A stretch of DNA of 64,000 nt from Octopus vulgaris (lineage: Eukaryota). The first letter of the stretch is position 1; each line of letters starts with the position of its first letter. Of the stretch, positions 63,431 to 64,000 are shown in pieces. The notes under the pieces are model-generated. The model did no database searches and was not told the origin of the DNA. It saw only the letters and a program-made list of their open reading frames with translations. A program made the translations under genes and the position numbers. The stretch spans positions 11,346,001 to 11,410,000 of the forward strand of contig OX597821.1 in NCBI GenBank assembly GCA_951406725.2. The letters run 5' to 3'.

Positions 63431-63621
63431 CCATACTAGGATAATGGATAATTCATTCAACTACTTAAATATATATGTGTGTGTGTGTGTCTGTGTGATT
63501 TGTAGAAGGGTATCCAGCCGTAGTAGCCAGGGGTATTCTTCTACCTGGCCGGCTCCTGTCAAACCATCCAGCATGGATGATAGACATATGAATTATGATG
63601 ATGATAATATCTATCTATCTA

Positions 63622-63688
<67 letters not shown>

Positions 63689-64000
63689 TCTTTTTTACTC
63701 CTTTACTTGTTTCAGTCATTTGACTGCGGCCATGCTGGAGCACCGCCTTTAGTTGATCAAATCGACCCCGAGACTTATTCTTTGTAAGCCCAGTACTTAT
63801 TCTATCGGTCTCTTTTGCCGAGCCCCTAAGTGACGGGGACATAAACATACCAGCATCGGTTGTCAAACAATGCTAGGGGGACAAACACAGACACACACAT
63901 ATATATATACATATATACGACAGGCTTCTTTCAGTTTCCGTCTACCAAATCCACTCACAGGGCATTGGTCGGCCCGCAGCTATAGCAGAAGACACTTGCC

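Overview
Eukaryotic, AT-rich, microsatellite-laden genomic DNA. The tRNA-derived SINE families and repeat landscape suggest an octopus or other coleoid cephalopod (inference). One complete protein-coding gene can be rebuilt by hand: a 10-exon, minus-strand FBXL6 orthologue (F-box/LRR protein 6, 475 aa, CDS 60399->38320) with canonical GT-AG sites and consistent phases. A possible plus-strand micro-exon transcript (35280-38226) converges on its 3' end. Most of the rest is decayed mobile DNA: CR1-group, R4/Dong, RTE and Penelope-like retroelement fragments, a Gypsy RT fragment, two mariners, a maT-like Tc1/mariner element, a full-length hAT (Buster/Charlie) element nested in a Chapaev3-like element, four non-autonomous Helitrons, piggyBac-type MITEs, five SINE-like families and a 5S rRNA pseudogene. 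The most unusual signals are a 160-bp direct duplication flanking a truncated SINE, hammerhead-ribozyme-bearing mini-elements (direct and fold-back), a 5S/SINE junction, LINE-SINE shared tails and long intronic hairpins. Almost all entries in the ORF track are microsatellite or SINE artefacts. All calls were made by eye without alignment tools, so repeat boundaries are approximate.
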